Source: Nymphaea colorata
Lineage: Eukaryota
Direction of reading: 5' to 3'
Length of the DNA: 64,000 nt
NCBI RefSeq assembly: GCF_008831285.2
Contig: NC_045138.2
Span: forward strand, 23,126,001 to 23,190,000
In this document: in pieces, positions 40,021 through 54,230 of the stretch
How positions within the stretch are numbered: position 1 is the first letter of the stretch
Layout of the letters: each line of letters starts with the position of its first letter
Notes under the pieces: model-generated
What the model saw: the letters and a program-made list of their open reading frames with translations, nothing else
Told to the model about the DNA's origin: nothing
The model's database searches: none
Made by a program: the position numbers and the translations under genes

Positions 40021-40464
40021 TGTTGATCAGTGGGTGTTACAAAAAGTGGTGCACCTTAAGTATTTAAATTCTTTACTATTTCAACGAGAGAGGGCAGTTC
40101 AAATACCTAAGGAAGTCGGTCAATACTAGTTATATATTTTATTCTTTTACATGTTTCGGTGGCTGAAATGACAAAAATGCCTTCAAAAACATAGAAAGGA
40201 ACTCCGTCTAAAGAAAAAATTGAAAGGAGAGTTCTCTTTTCATTACCATCAGGAACAAACGTAGCCGAACTCTATAGATCTTATTGCACATTCTCTGATG
40301 TGGATCTGGCATGGCATATTTTAACTGATGTAGCAAAAGGTCTTTTATAAAATCTATTCATCATAAGATAGACCTTAGATCCAGATTTATGATTATATAG
40401 AAAAAAGGCTGGTTGGATCTGAAATAGAAGGGGGTGGTGGGTCTGATCTGGTTTTCAAATTCTG

Positions 40465-40548
40465 ATGATCTCGGAACGCCTACTAAGACATAATGATCTC
40501 GGAACGCCTACTAAGACATAATGATCTCGAAACACCTACTAAGACATA
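40465..40548 (+). repeat. 28-bp tandem repeat x3
   Basis: ATGATCTCGGAACGCCTACTAAGACATA at 40465, 40493 and 40521 (third unit has 2 mismatches). Confidence 0.9.
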
Positions 40549-41020
40549 GGGCATAGTGCATTTGCACAAAGGATAGGATGACGATGCCTATGTCATACTA
40601 CCTGTTAGTTAGGTTGAGCCGGACAGTCATGCTGTTCTCAGCTTGTGTTGGTTGCCAAGGAGTCAAGCAACTTGGCGGGTTCAAGCCCTTAATTCATGTG
40701 CATGCTGGGTGGAGGGAAATGGTTTGGGGAAGGGGGGGCGCTGGCAGGGGCCATGCCCCACTTCACATTTGAGGAACAAAAAAAAAAAATTAAAATCTCA
40801 TGTACAAATTTTGAAATGTTATTCAACCCTCTCAACAAAAGATTTTAGGTGGGTTGAACACTTTACCTTTCATTACCCAACTTTTGCCATTGCTTTTGGG
40901 GATTTCTTTACAATATGACTTGTTTTTTTTTTCACATTTATTTGGGATATTTTGGTACCACAAAGAGGAGGATGTGAAGTCCTCTGACCGTCTTAGTTCC
41001 ATCTAACTATGGCCGTTGCA

Positions 41021-41072
41021 TCGGGCAGATGTGATTAAATACAGCCTCGGGCAGATGTGATTAAATACAGCC
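41021..41072 (+). repeat. 26-bp perfect tandem duplication
   Basis: TCGGGCAGATGTGATTAAATACAGCC x2. Confidence 0.9.
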
Positions 41073-41440
41073 ATAAAAAAACCACTAAACTTCAAATCCC
41101 CTCTAAGAGTATCAACTTTAAGAAATAGGTAGATTTACACCTTTTTAACTCATTTTCCTGAAACCATTTTTGAAAATTTGTTGTTTTTTAAACGGATCGA
41201 CCTTTGCTTACAACTTCAAGTAAACAGTAGAGTTTAAAATAAGTTTTTATTATAACGGGACCTTTTACGGTATATAGATATATCCATAGGAAGATGTAAC
41301 ATACAACAATGTTAAGAGAACATTAGCCACCTTTCTAACCTGTAAGATGCCCAGAATTTTGCTTCCGCGGAGCTCGATTACCAGAATTTGAGGCGTTGGA
41401 GCCATAATTCCGTTGGCATTCAAACATGATCTGTACTCAC

Positions 41441-44400
41441 TGGGTTGCTGCCAGTTCCAACAGAGAGTTTTTCATCTTTGGAAGGGAGGGGCAGATTATG
41501 AAATGAACACATTCCCATCAAGTAGTGAAACCATCTATCAGCTTCTTGTGCTCTACATGATCCCTATCTACAAAGCAGAAAAACTACAAGAAGTAAACAA
41601 AAAAGGACCACCGGAAGTGGATGGATGAAAAATTAACATGGAAAAACAAGATTATCTAAAATATCAGATAAACAGATAAAACATTTAAAATGATCATGAG
41701 CGAGAAGTCAAAAACCTGCACAGTAGAATTTGGATCTGCCATTGCTCAATACTCTTACAAGCATATGGACTTTCACCAACTTCAAAAAGTTTAAGCTTTT
41801 TACTATTTTTGGACATGCCTGACAAATTTGGATGCTCAATACTATAGGTTCAATTCAAGGCTTCTGAAGTCATCCTTCTGGATGGCAACGGACCCAGTAC
41901 GAGACACGTCCTTGTGATGATAATCAGGAGTCACATCCAAGCAGACAGAATCGAAGTTGGATGCATTCACAAAATTCTGGGTAACAGCAACTGAGTTCTC
42001 CAGATTAAGGACACAATGCCACCAACCACTAGGTACAAATATTGTTTCACCTGGAAGTTGCGTGCATTCCAAAGGCTTCTCCTGCTCTGTAAGAAGTGGA
42101 TAAAATTCCAGCCACCACTAGGAACACAAATAGGAAAAGAAGAACAAAATTAGGTTAATGCTACATGCAATCTTCTACTCAGGTGGCCAATCTTTATAGT
42201 GCAAAATCAAATGACAAAAGGACAGTAAAAAATGATGAATCGCAGCAACGAGAAAAAATGATAAGTGTTCCAGTGAAACAATACTGAGAAATACCTGCAA
42301 TGATGTTGAGTTTCAGTGTTCACATCACCATCTTCTTCATTGGCATGTACTATGACAGCGGATGGAACCCTGACCAGGGAACCGAGCCCGGGAGTGGGTT
42401 GCGTCGTTACACTAAAGCCCATCTGTTGAAAAACCAACAAAAATGTTAGATTATTAGTGAAAAGGGGGAAAGAAAAGAAAGTCTCAAAGAGAGAGAGAGC
42501 GCTCCACTTTTTTTTTCATTTTAAGCGCTCCACTTTTTTTTTTCATTTTAAAATGGATATGTTAAGAAGAGGCCACCCAGCTTCCCCAATCTGAAAACTC
42601 ATACTACTATTTTAGAATACCGTTTGACAGAAGGTGGTGGATTATCAAATCATGGAATAAGTGAAATATTTATCTGCTGCAATCAATAGTGGTAGAAGGG
42701 CTCTATTGCACACAATCAAACGTACCAACAAATTTAGAACAAATACCAAGATAGACCATACCTTTTGCGTCCACCTATAATTGTATTCTAGGCACATGTA
42801 AGGGCAGGGTCTACATGCCATGAAGCACCTGATCTTTCAGGTCCTATCGCCAGCCATCAGAATCGAGGACGCTTGTCTTTTTCTAGGATTTCAAAAAACA
42901 CTTCTTGGAATGGATGAGGCACGCTATAATCTTTCAACGAACTTGGTGCAACTTCTCTAAACTGCAGTAGGCTGAAAATAAATGATGAGTATTATAAAAG
43001 GTTCAGGACAAGAGCATAACATTTAAATGCACCTGATTTGACAGAATCACATTATCATCAAACACGTAAAAGTGGATTCTCATCATGTGGAGCTTTCATG
43101 TAGGTAGCATAATCCTTGAATTTATTTCTTATTTTCTTTGTGCTCCCTTGAGAAATTCTGAAAGAAGCATCGCCATAGTCCTGTCCCAGTTGCTCAACTG
43201 TCCTTTTATTTATTGCAGCCAAACTTTGTGATAAACTAGTCAAGAGTACCTGGAGAGAATAACCGGTTTTGAGAATGAGCAACTTACAGTTTCAGAAGAC
43301 TATGTAACTTCCCAGCAAAATTTCATTTCTCTTCTATTGCAGTAGCTAAGTTCTTCAATAAGTACAATAGTGCTTCACTGAATGCAATATCATCAAAGAA
43401 TTCTGCAGAATATTAAACAATGGATGAGATGAAAAACAAAAGGAATTTCATACTCCAAACAGGTAGTCAAGGTCAATCAGAGGCAGCTCATATAAAGTGC
43501 AACCAGTACACATCTATAGATGGTATACTGCCACAAAATGTTGGGACAAATATAGGCCATTAACAAAATTTGTCTGACATGATGAGGATGCAATTAAATT
43601 AAATGAACTAAAGGTCAAACAAACATGCTGGTAACTGACCAAACCTAGTTTAGAAGATAGTGTGCCTAAACCCAATTGAACAAAAGGGAGAAAGCTTGGA
43701 CTCAATCCCATCAATGTCTTGCCTTTCATGGAGGTCGTCTTGATTTTTCATTATCAGCTTTCCGAGGATGGCCTAAAATTCATATTGTCACTGGAGAATG
43801 GAGGTTATGTATGTTATGCATGCTTGTTTGCCACATGAAAAGCATGCTGATGCTTAAGGAGGAAGTGAACTATCAAAGTAAGCTCAACAAGCACGAAGAC
43901 CAGATAGTTCCAGAGGTCAATGTTCAGTTTCACGTGCTAAAGAATAATGAACAATGAAATATATAGCTTATCTAAAGGGAATACTAGGCCGACATTGTGG
44001 TTAAAACCGAATGATCATGACTTGTCCTTACCGGTTTTTTTCTATCATATTCAACCCAAAATACTTCAATGGTGAGGTTTGTCTTCCGCTCCACCTTCCC
44101 TAAGTCGATTGAGAAACCATCTAATGCAGTGAAACACCTATACCATCTTTTGTACAAAAACATGGAACTGAATCCTGCGGAATCATCCAATAAAACATTT
44201 TAAGAAGTTATTGAAGGTAATAAATAAGATATATAAGGGTGTTTAGGAACTGCACCGAGATGGTATACGTATGAATTTGAGAGATTTAGAAACTCGGAAT
44301 AAAATATCCGCTAGATTTACCATCAAAGCACATTGGTAAAGGACCCATGCATCCATGCTGTGGGTGCGGCATCTTATTAGTCTTTTATATCCACTCTTTT

Positions 44401-44455
44401 TTGGCTAAACTATCAAGTTGAGCAAGCTCGTTCATTCAGAAAAAAAAAATCGATC
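41441..44455 (-). pseudogene. JMJ21: F-box/JmjC protein JMJ21 (At1g78280-like) unprocessed pseudogene, partial
   Basis: Minus-strand GT-AG exons in the expected order: ~44455-44321; 44174-44032 (GFSSMFLYKRWYRCFTALDGF); 43249-43051 (YGDASFRISQ..KFKDY..YM); 42961-42762 (RPRF*WLAIGPERSGASWHVDPALTCA*NT); 42422-42295 (VHANEEDGDV); from 42117 down (WWLEFYPLL..KPLECTQLPGETIFVPSGWWHCVLNLE..VAVTQNFVN); ~41567-41441 (CSFHNLPLPSKDEKLSVGTGSNP). Several stops/frameshifts. No downstream exons seen. Confidence 0.92.
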
Positions 44456-45163
44456 CTAAAAGACAATATTGGAGGGCGTAGAAGGATCATATCAGTGATT
44501 ATGTTTATCATGCTTCATTTTTAGTAGCTGAAGATCGATAAAAGGGGCGAGAGATTGTTAATTAAATGACTGGTGATCGAGAGACCCTTAAGTTGTAAAG
44601 TGTTCGCATTCTTACACTAATGCACTCTTTCAAACTTTCTCTAACTCAGGGCCCAATGATGGATTTATCACGATTTATTTCATATAGAGTGTCCTTTGAG
44701 TCATATTCAATGAAAATATGGTTTCTATGTTCACGAATTTATAATCTTCTTTTGTTTACATATATTGAAATTGTTGTGTATAATTTGGATTCTTGTGATT
44801 CGAAGCATTAATCCTAGAAGCCAATGTCAAACCTACCTTACGGTTTAACTAATCCATTGAAGTAACAACAATAGTTTGATTTTAAATTTGGAAGTGGCCA
44901 ATCAGGTCTACCATTAGTGCAATTTGAGCACCATTACAAAACACAACATGAGGAACAACTAAAGAGTAACACTAGCAGGTGATTTAGGTTCGAACTTCGA
45001 TGGTCTCTTGTATAAAATGATTGACTCGAAAGATAATGGTAACGTAAACAGTTCCTAAGTTTAAAATATGGGAATAGATGATGAAGGGAACCCTCTTTCT
45101 ACAAATTGGCATAGGCAAAAACATCTCATCTCACTTTCTTTTAGGATGGGGAGATCTACCACC

Positions 45164-45590
45164 CATGAGAGAACCTATGCTTCCACTCAACCTCTTGTTT
45201 CTCTGTCATATATGGTTTCATTTTGATGTTTAGAGGGATAACCTTGTTGCACTTCAACTTGCACATTAGTTACTTCTCTTTTGCAGTACAATATGATGAT
45301 ACTCTCTTAACACTCAAAATGGAGACTGCCCATATAGCAATGTCTCCCTAAACTGTTGTGCCAACTCCCTAAAAAACACTTTTCATGAGAGAACCTATGC
45401 TTTCACTCAACCTCTTGTTTCTCTGTGATATATGATTTCATTTTGATGTTTAGAGGCATCACCCTTGTTGTGCTTCAACTTGCACATCAGTGACTTTTCT
45501 TTTGGAGTACAACATCTCTTTTGCAGTAAACATGTTGACACTTTAACACTCAAAATGGAGACTGGTGTGCCAACTCCCTCAAAAACACAT
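45164..45590 (+). repeat. Diverged ~220-bp tandem duplication
   Basis: CATGAGAGAACCTATGCTT.CACTCAACCTCTTG...TGTGCCAACTCCCT occurs at ~45164 and ~45384. Confidence 0.8.
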
Positions 45591-47260
45591 CTCATCTCCA
45601 TGAATGCTAATAAAAGTGCAGAAACATAGAACGAACTCTAATTAGGAAACCACGCATTTGGAGGAAGTCTCGTATGCTTTCCTTTTGTCTAAAATAAACT
45701 CCAAAAGTTTACATGATTATGAGTATGTGCACGCGACGAGACAGGAAGCGCACAGTATATCCAGCAGAAGAGTGTGTGTGGCTGGATGACAGTATAAGTA
45801 CACACATCCCCAAAACGATAATCGGTCCCGAGGGCAGAGAGACAGAGGATGCGCCTTCACCCTGTATTTACTTTCTGAAAAGGCTCTCATTTATAGGAGA
45901 AGGAAGGAAAGCAGGGGCATGCGACTCCACCAAGATGGACCACAGGACCTGCACATCTTCGCAAGAGCAAGACTTCACATCCTCATATAGAATGTAGATC
46001 CCCCTGCCTGCAAAATTCACTCAAAATCATCCAAGGAGCACCCATCAAAATCCACTGCGAATCCATATATGTTTTGAGAAAATTGGAAATGGGAGATTTC
46101 TGAATGCCCCATCGGGTAAGAAAACTAAGGGTCATCGTCTTCCTCAAATGGTAGATGTATTTAGGCTGCCATTACAAGAAAAAAGGGGCTTCCTGGAAAT
46201 CTCTTGCAGAGGTCAGCAATGGGCAGGAAAGACGATTCCCATAAGAGAAGAAAATAGAGAGCAGAAGTCAGATTGTACAGATCAAATGGGGATGAAAACC
46301 TTATGCCCTTTCAGTTATTTACGAATAAGATGAACAAATCAACAAAATTAACAAATAGATAAAACCACTGGAAGAGGGGAAAAGAAAAATTCTGAACTGC
46401 CACAGCAGATAGGAGATTAACAGGAACAAATATACTGCAATTCTGCTTTCAGGAAAAACAGGGGAAAAGAGTGCTGTGCCGCTGAGATTCATGGGGGAAA
46501 AGGGGTCGGTGACCATGTTTAAGAACAAGGAGCAAAACACAATTTCAGGAATGAAGAAATGGGGAAGGAGAAGCAAAGTAAGGAAGACTTACTCTTCCTC
46601 TTGGCAGAGTGGAGGCGCCATGACCAGACCTTCTTCAATGGGGAGAGGAGGGAATGGAGCCACCCCATTTGCAGGTAGGGAGGGTGTGGCTCATGGTCCG
46701 TTCCCTGTGGAAGGAAATAGGGAGTGCATTAAAGTTGCTTCCACAGGAGGCGAAATCTGAGAGAGATGGCAGCCGCATTTCAGCATATTTTTCACTGACT
46801 TGAAGGCTAATCATGGACACATAACCCTGTCCGGTGCCATGTCACTTTCAACGGGGCCCCTTCTTTCTCTCTCTTTCTGGATATTCTATACAGGAGAACG
46901 GCTTTTTCAAGTCCGCCATGATACGTGTGATGTCGATGAAAGAATAAATAGTAAAGATTGATAGGCGGTCGAAGATTTTTCAGAATATTTTTATGACAGA
47001 AAACATTTTTTTTTATTTTTATAACACATGGTGTACGGGTTTTCCAAAATTTCAGTTAAATTTAAAATTTCAGTTTCCGTACAACATTAAATATAAATAT
47101 TTCATGCCCACAAAGCTCCTCCATGTTAAAGTTAGTCCACTTGTAGAGGGAAAATGCGTAGAACTGGATTCAACAACATATCATTTTTGTAGAACGGTGC
47201 CATATTGATATCGATATATTTGAAACTATTGTCCTTAGATACTCCCTATAGAAGTATTTA

Positions 47261-47723
47261 GGGGTGTTTATTGGCCCTTAATTTTGATTGTGTTTGATAG
47301 TGTAGAATTTTGGTTTCAGAATTGAAAATGGCATGTTTAAATCCCTTTCTGGGATAGGGAAAAACATGTACCTAGCAGACCTCATACGTTTGATCTGATA
47401 CAAATGGTGAGAGCCATTGATTCTAGAAAAATTCAGTGGTGAAGATTGAGTTGAAAAAAATAAGTTCAGTTGTATTTTTAAGAGACTAAAAATACCTCTC
47501 GGTGAGAAACACAATTGAGTTTCATCCTCCTCTGAAGAGTATTTCAATATATTGAAATACAATTAGGTTTTTGTTTTTTTATTTGAATTTCAGATATATA
47601 GAAAATTGAATATTCGGAACCCTCTAGCTAACTAATACTTTAGATTTGAGGCTCAATGACAGGAGGTCCCCAGTGATCTTAGATTACCCTGGATCTTAGG
47701 TTTGAGGTAAACAAACACACCCC
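47261..47723. mobile_element. Possible Tourist/PIF-Harbinger-like MITE
   Basis: Imperfect termini GGGGTGTTT / AAACACACCCC flanked by TTA and TAA. Confidence 0.4.
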
Positions 47724-47992
47724 TAAAATAAGGAGAAAGTAAAAATACTAGTTATATCTATTTGACAGTCCTGACACATCTAAATTGGAAAAACCAGGGT
47801 GACACTAAATTGCTCTACAGTTATAAAAAAATAAAAAAGTTTCCACAAAAATATCCTATGGCCATGTTTCATATCCTGGGTATCTAAGATTTGAGGCTGT
47901 TTTAAAAGTTTGTCAGCTAAGATTTATCTCTATGTCATGGATCTTAAATCTATGCTAAGTACAAAAAAACATGAATTTAAGATTGAAAAGGA

Positions 47993-48120
47993 CAGGAGCA
48001 GAGCCAAGAGTTTTTCATGATGAGAGCTGAATTATAGTTTCAAAATTTTGATAGGGGCCAAAATATAATTTTTCAACATTTATATTTAGGATAAATAAAC
48101 TTTTTTAAAATTTACATATA
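47993..48120 (+). mobile_element. Truncated MITE of the 50988 family
   Basis: Starts CAGGAGCAGAGCCA and shares AAATTTTGA.AGG.GCC.AAATAT and AAAATTTACAT with 49620 and 50988. Confidence 0.6.
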
Positions 48121-48132
48121 GGAGGAGCGCGG

Positions 48133-48248
48133 TCAACCTTGAATCCACATATATGTATATGTGATCTTTAGTAATCATAGATCTCAAATTCAACCTTGAA
48201 TCCACAAATATGTATATGTGATCTTTAGTGATCATAGATCTCAAATTC
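48133..48248 (+). repeat. 57-bp tandem duplication
   Basis: TCAACCTTGAATCCACA.ATATGTATATGTGATCTTTAGT.ATCATAGATCTCAAAT at 48133 and 48190. Confidence 0.9.
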
Positions 48249-49619
48249 GCCGCAAACAAACACAACATACGAGCAAGGTTTTCTCATGTTGTTAATATGA
48301 GTTCGACTTTAAACACATAGATCATTGCGAATCAAATATTTGCAGTGAAACAAACACAACCTAAGAAAAAAAAAACAAACAAACACGTAAAGAAAAAGGA
48401 AAGAGTCACAAAGCTTCTTCTTATATTTACAGTCCTGATTTTGTTGCCTTCGCAGAAGAAGATACAAATGTCAGAAGCATTCCAGAAGCAAAAGTAGTTG
48501 GTAATCGACCTTTACTTTAACAACCATCGAAATTTCTAGTAATTACCAATGCAGGCCTCAGTTTACCGACTATTGTAGAGCCATATGTAATGCTTCTTAT
48601 CTTTATTCAGGTCCTTCTTCTTCTCTCCTTTTTCGCTAATGTGGAGTGTTGGTTCAATAGAGGCTGGAGGTGAAATAGCTTTCCTTAGGTTTGCAGTTTT
48701 CTCTCCGCAGTCCTCATCTTATCATCTCTATTCCCAATTCATCCCTTCTTTCTCATGCTTTTCAAATTCACCATGTTTCACTAATAGCAGAAATTGTTAC
48801 ATTTATCTAACCAAAACCAAAAAAGACAGTTCTATATCCTTTTGATTTAATGATGACTATATCTGGGGTTAAATGAAGTCATTGAGGAGACGAAATCATA
48901 ATGGGAAAAAGAATCCCCAAAAAAAAAAAAAATCCTCGTAACTTCTTTTCTTGAACACTAACTGAAGAGTATTAGTCAGCTTTAATCAACTTGAGAAACA
49001 AATAAAATGATTAAGATATTGAATGATAATATAAAGTTATATATATATATCTGGGTACTTTTATAACAACTAACCTAAGAGCAGCATTCACCTCTAATCA
49101 ACTCGAGAAACATGTATAATTTTTTCTATTATAAAGACAGGACGTCGTAAGGCTGATCTAAGATCTCTTTTATGTGGGACCCTCAATGTAACAAACACCA
49201 GAACCGCAGTGAGAAAAAAGAATATTTGAGATCAGTAGATTTAAAATTCTCAATGATCTCAAATTACCTTGATCTAAAGCCGAAACTATCAAACGCCTTT
49301 GCAAAGATACGACAAACTGATCATTATCTGGTACAATTGAAGATGAAAAAATATACATTTTTTACTCAAATAATAAAATGTCAGCCTCTTAGTAATTGGG
49401 CTATCGTAGTGCTGCACATTGCCCAAAAAATTGAGAGAGAGATAAGAGAATCAGGAATTTAGAAAATCAATAGAATTAATGAAAATGATGAACATGTTAT
49501 AAGATAAATCGACAAGGCAATTTACTTAGAAGAAAAAATGTGATGGAGGAGTCTGGGAAGGGGATCAGGTTCCAAGTTCAGTATTGGTCCTAGTCCTCAC
49601 TTATTGCATTACACTTTAC

Positions 49620-49821
49620 AAGGACGGAATCAGAAATTTTTCATGAGAAAAGTCGAATTAAAGTTTTTAAATATTCACACGGGCCGAAATATCAATTTTC
49701 AAAATTTTTACATAAAGATAAATAATTTTTTTAAAAATTTACATATTAATTTTTTTCTTTTTTAAAAAAAAAAAAATTGAGATGAGGTCAGGGTCCATGT
49801 AAGGCCCTGTACTCCACCCCA
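49620..49821 (+). mobile_element. Diverged MITE of the 50988 family
   Basis: Collinear similarity with 50988-51179. Confidence 0.6.
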
Positions 49822-50249
49822 CAGATCCGTTGAAACATGCTTACCCCTAAGAGAGTTCAAAGCTTGTGAAAGTCAGGCGGCCACGTTGCCTTTCTTACGA
49901 GGAATAATGCGTGTCACGTTTAAAGCTGCCGCGTGACGGTGGTCTCAATCATTAAGGAGATTTTGTGAGGAGGAAAAGCGGTGTGTTAGTTTATTCCTAT
50001 CAAATTTCTCAATTTGAGCCGACAAACACGTTTAGAATCTGAGCAGTTCAGTTTGGTTCCCCGCTTTTGTCACGTGATTTGGTTTGCGATAGAGATTGTA
50101 AACCTATTCTCATGTCCTCATAATATATATATATATATATGTATATATGAAATGGGCCGAATCATATTCGCCCAATACAATGCATCAATGGTGTGATGTG
50201 AGAGACTAGTTGATTTATGGAAAGAGAATCTAAGAATAATATATATTAT

Positions 50250-50472
50250 AAAAATCAATGTAGTCATGTGCCAAATAGTTGCCAAATGATTACAACTTTC
50301 ATTGCTAAAAAGACCATAAAAACTATCTTAAGCCATCACCACATTATAAACCGTGACTAATACCAATTTAATGACCATTTTTTCACGATAAACTTTCAAA
50401 AAAAGCATCCTTCCCACGACAGCATTAAACCGTGACTAATACTAATAGTTGGTTTTTGAACTTTTTGTGGTG
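50250..50472. mobile_element. CACTA-like terminal remnant abutting a (TA)n run
   Basis: Subterminal repeats AAACCGTGACTAATA at ~50348 and ~50427. The terminus TTTTTGTGGTG (reverse complement CACCACAAAAA) is one mismatch from CACTACAAAAA. Confidence 0.45.
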
Positions 50473-50987
50473 ATATATATATATATATATATATAATTTG
50501 TCTTTCCGTGTGCAGATAACAGTCAAGCAAAATGCTTGGCTGGTATGGGCCGTCCACTTCATTTTCAATAAAATAAAAAAAAAAAGTTTAGATGCTCGAC
50601 ATAGTTGAGTGCTTGGCGGGTGGAAGAAGGCGACGCCTCCCCCCGCCTCTTTGAGAAGGGGCAGGCAACTGCCTCCCCTTTTCCTTTTCAGGTTTAGGTA
50701 GGGGCAACTGCCTCCCCCGCCTCTTCGAGAAGCTTTCTCAAATTCAACCTCAAAGTTCACCGAGTCTAATAAGGCCAACTTGATTGAATTCAACTTCGGA
50801 ATAATTTACATTGAGAGACTGTTTTATTAATGGCTTTGCAAAAATATCAGCAAGCAAGTCCTTAGTTGAAATATACTGATGATCATTTGATCTCCTCGAA
50901 CGAGCCTATGACAAAATGTATATTTATTCTAATACACTTATTTCAAAAATGATAGATTGAATGTGATGCAAAATGGGCTGCTCCAAC

Positions 50988-51179
50988 TAGGAGGCAGAAC
51001 CAGAAATTTTTAATGAGGCAAAATTGAATTAAAGTTTCTAAATTTTGACAGGAGCCGAAATATCATTTTATATTTATGTAGAACAAGTGAAATTTTTTAA
51101 AATTTACATGTAATTTTTTTTATTTTTTTTTTTGAGGGAGAGCCAGGGCCCTTGCGGGCCACCCTTGGCTCCGCCCTTA
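50988..51179 (+). mobile_element. hAT-type MITE (192 bp)
   Basis: Perfect 8-bp TSD GCTCCAAC (50980-50987 and 51180-51187). Imperfect TIRs TAGGAGGCAGAACCA / TGGCTCCGCCCTTA. Confidence 0.85.
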
Positions 51180-51194
51180 GCTCCAACGTCGTCA

Positions 51195-51610
51195 CACCAT
51201 AATAGTAGCGCCTTCACTCCTAACCCTTAATCCATTTAAGGAATTGGATCCATGTAATTTCTGTGGTGACATTGCCGATGGACCTATATTCTACTTCTGT
51301 ACTGGATCTTGATACAATATTCTGTTTCTTTCCACTCTATCATACTAAGTTCGGTCCAATATACACAGCATAACCTCCTATAGACCTTAGATCATCTGCG
51401 CATCCAACCCAGTCAATGTCTATGCAAGCTATCATCAAAAAGGTTCCTGGAAAAGAATTCCACAGTTGATTGTGTGCTTCGAATATCTAAGGATTCATTT
51501 ACTATGGCTCGATGCAGGTTGTTACGAAAATGAATGAGCTAACAAACTTTGTTTATTGCAAAAGCTCTATCTAGCCTGGTCATTGTAGTATATTGGAGGG
51601 TCGATGGTGC
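51195..51610 (-). mobile_element. Degenerate copia RT/RNase H remnant
   Basis: Minus strand reads LQYTTMTRLDRAFAINKVC, ILRY, DIDWVGCADDLRSIGGYAVYIGPNLV and [19 protein letters not shown]. Confidence 0.85.
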
Positions 51611-51672
51611 TCTTGAACAAAGTTGTTTCCATGGGTGCAAAGATATGTTTAGCTTTAATCATATTTGTTTGC

Positions 51673-51675
<3 letters not shown>

Positions 51676-51714
<39 letters not shown>

Positions 51715-51724
51715 TACACACACA
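51676..51724. repeat. Compound (TA)n(CA)n microsatellite
   Basis: Directly visible. Confidence 0.9.
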
Positions 51725-53899
51725 CTTGCTGTGATAAAACTTTCCCTTTTTTGGCATGATTTGCTTCAATTCCAAGTAAATAGTTGAGCTCCCCTCCAAT
51801 CGCAAACTCAGCGCCAAGCTTTGGTGTGGGGATCCCACAAGTAGTGTTATTGCAGAAAAAACTCACTGCCAAAGGCGAGAATCTGTTTTCTGGACGACTG
51901 AAAGCAAAATACACACTGAGAAGAAGTCTATCTAAAAGACATAAGGAAAACTAAATAACCAAGAAAACGAAATTCCACATTGTGATTTTGAGCTCTTGTT
52001 TCAGCATTTAGACATGTTAACCGAATTCGTAAAACACATGTATACATGCTAAAGGGCCTTTTCATAAATTGAAGCAGATAGGTATGATCTACACACAAAA
52101 GCAAAAGTGACTAATAAGAAAAATATTTTCAAAGGCATAGATTCAAATTTATAGAGTTCTACGAGATGAATTGCCTCATGAGTTGAATTAATATAATTCG
52201 ATATTTCCACTTTTATTCTCTTTTTGTCAATGTATATATGGTTCATCTATGTAGTTAAATTTGTCCACATGAACTGACTGGTTAAGAATATAACCTGTAT
52301 TTTATCACATTAGTATGTTGGAAAAAAGCTATATTTTTAGAAGAGTGAGTTGCACCATTAGGTGCATGCAACCCATATACGGCAAAGAAAAAAGGAGAGA
52401 TATTTTGGTAATTATTTAAAAAGAAATGTCCTTTATAGTATTTTCACTTTTTTTTATTTCTTTTTTGTCTTTACAAATTTTTTTTATTAAATGAGGGTAT
52501 TTTCATCATTAACCATACTACAAAATTTAGTGCACTAGTATGGGAAAGTAGATACTAGGCAGATGGATCAATCATCGCCAGTTTGAAATCTGATGTTTCG
52601 GTATGTATTCCATTTCCGAATATATAGTACTGAAATTGAATATAAATTATAATAAAGGTCGGCCAACGACACCTAAAGTTCGATGATAGGCTTACAGTTT
52701 TCATATTATGAACAAGGCTTTTAAATCATATCAATAAAGTAATATGTGAATTTTTGTTAAGAAAATGGACATGCCATTTTCACATATTAAGCACAGTAAT
52801 GCTAATTAATAGTAGTTTACAGCTTTACTGGTGAAAATAGTTTACTTTTACAATGTAAATCTCTTCTGGGAGTTATTCTCCGTAGAATTGAATCAAAAGG
52901 ATGTCTACAGAAAGAATACCAATCAAATAATAAGAAAGAAACACCAAAACCTTCTCTGCCACAACACAGAGCAGGGAAAAGACAGCCACCGAAGAGCCAA
53001 AAAACAAACTGCTTCAATCTAGCGGCCCCTTCAGATCACAACCTGTCATACGAACGATCAGAAAAGCATCAGCACTCTCATCTAAACACCTTTCGGAAAC
53101 CTTTGAAACCAAAGATGTATTAGCCAAAATCATACCTCCATCTCTGACTCTAGCACCCTTCTTAATAATCTGTCCAACTCTCCTATTTATGTTCTCCTTT
53201 CAATGAATCATTCTTAATTCCGCATCTCTCCTTCCTCCACGGCCGCCAACCCTCCAACATACCCTTGAGCCTTGCCTTCCATTCCTTACTATTAGATTCA
53301 ACTTATATCTTATGAACAGAAGCTGTGCTGTCAGATGGCTTAGTGCCACTCCATCAGCTGCAGAATCACCAAGTCTCCCTCAGCTCCCAACTCTCTGACA
53401 ACAACAAAGCAGCTACTTTTCCCCTCCCTCCATACCAGCTTTTGTCATTGTCAGAAATAAGGTCAGATCTTGTAATATATAGTCCTTGGATTACTTTAAA
53501 GCTATGAAACATGAGAACATGAAAGATAAGAATCAGGAGTACTTAATTATCAACATATTGAACTTAAGGGGCATGATCTAGGATGTATTCACTGGGATGT
53601 CTCCAGTTTAATACTCGTGGATGTTATGTCCCTACATCTATAGTGGTAGGACGCACTACAAGAATTGATGTGATGGGTATACTGCAGTTATTGTTGACAC
53701 CAATACAGCCCCGGATGCTAGAGAGAAGGAATAAAGAGGAGTTCAGTTTCTCTACAAGAGGCCGGAGTGGTCTTAATCTTCTTATTCACCTAGAATTACA
53801 GAGAATGAGTTTTGTATGTCACCCCCATGTATGTATACACTGGATATAGACCTTATTACCAATATGTATATTTTACTTTTATGCCTAAATATTATATAT

Positions 53900-54230
53900 G
53901 CACATTAATGAGATAACAAATAGGTATGAAATAATAAATAAGTGTGAGATAAGATTTATGAAATAAGAAAATATTTATGAGACAATGAAATAATAGATAA
54001 ATAAACACATGCATACAATAATGCTAAACATAAGTATGAGATAATGTTCATAAGATAACACAAAAAATTATGAGACAATGCAACAACAAAATAACATTAA
54101 ATATAAATATGAAATAATGTTTATGAGATAACAAAAGATTTATGAGATAACAGATGGATATATGAGATAAAGCTAAAAATAAATATGAGATAATAAAATA
54201 TTTATGAAATAATGAAACAACGCTATAAGC
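53900..54230 (+). repeat. Degenerate minisatellite built on TATGAGATAA / TATGAAATAA
   Basis: The motif recurs more than ten times at irregular spacing. Confidence 0.7.

Noticed and set aside
48590..48670. Signal-peptide-like exon VLLLLS...MWSVGSIEAG
   Set aside because: The upstream ATG is out of frame, and no downstream exon was recognised.
52880..53320. LINE 3' end on the minus strand
   Set aside because: Only compositional resemblance, with no diagnostic motif.
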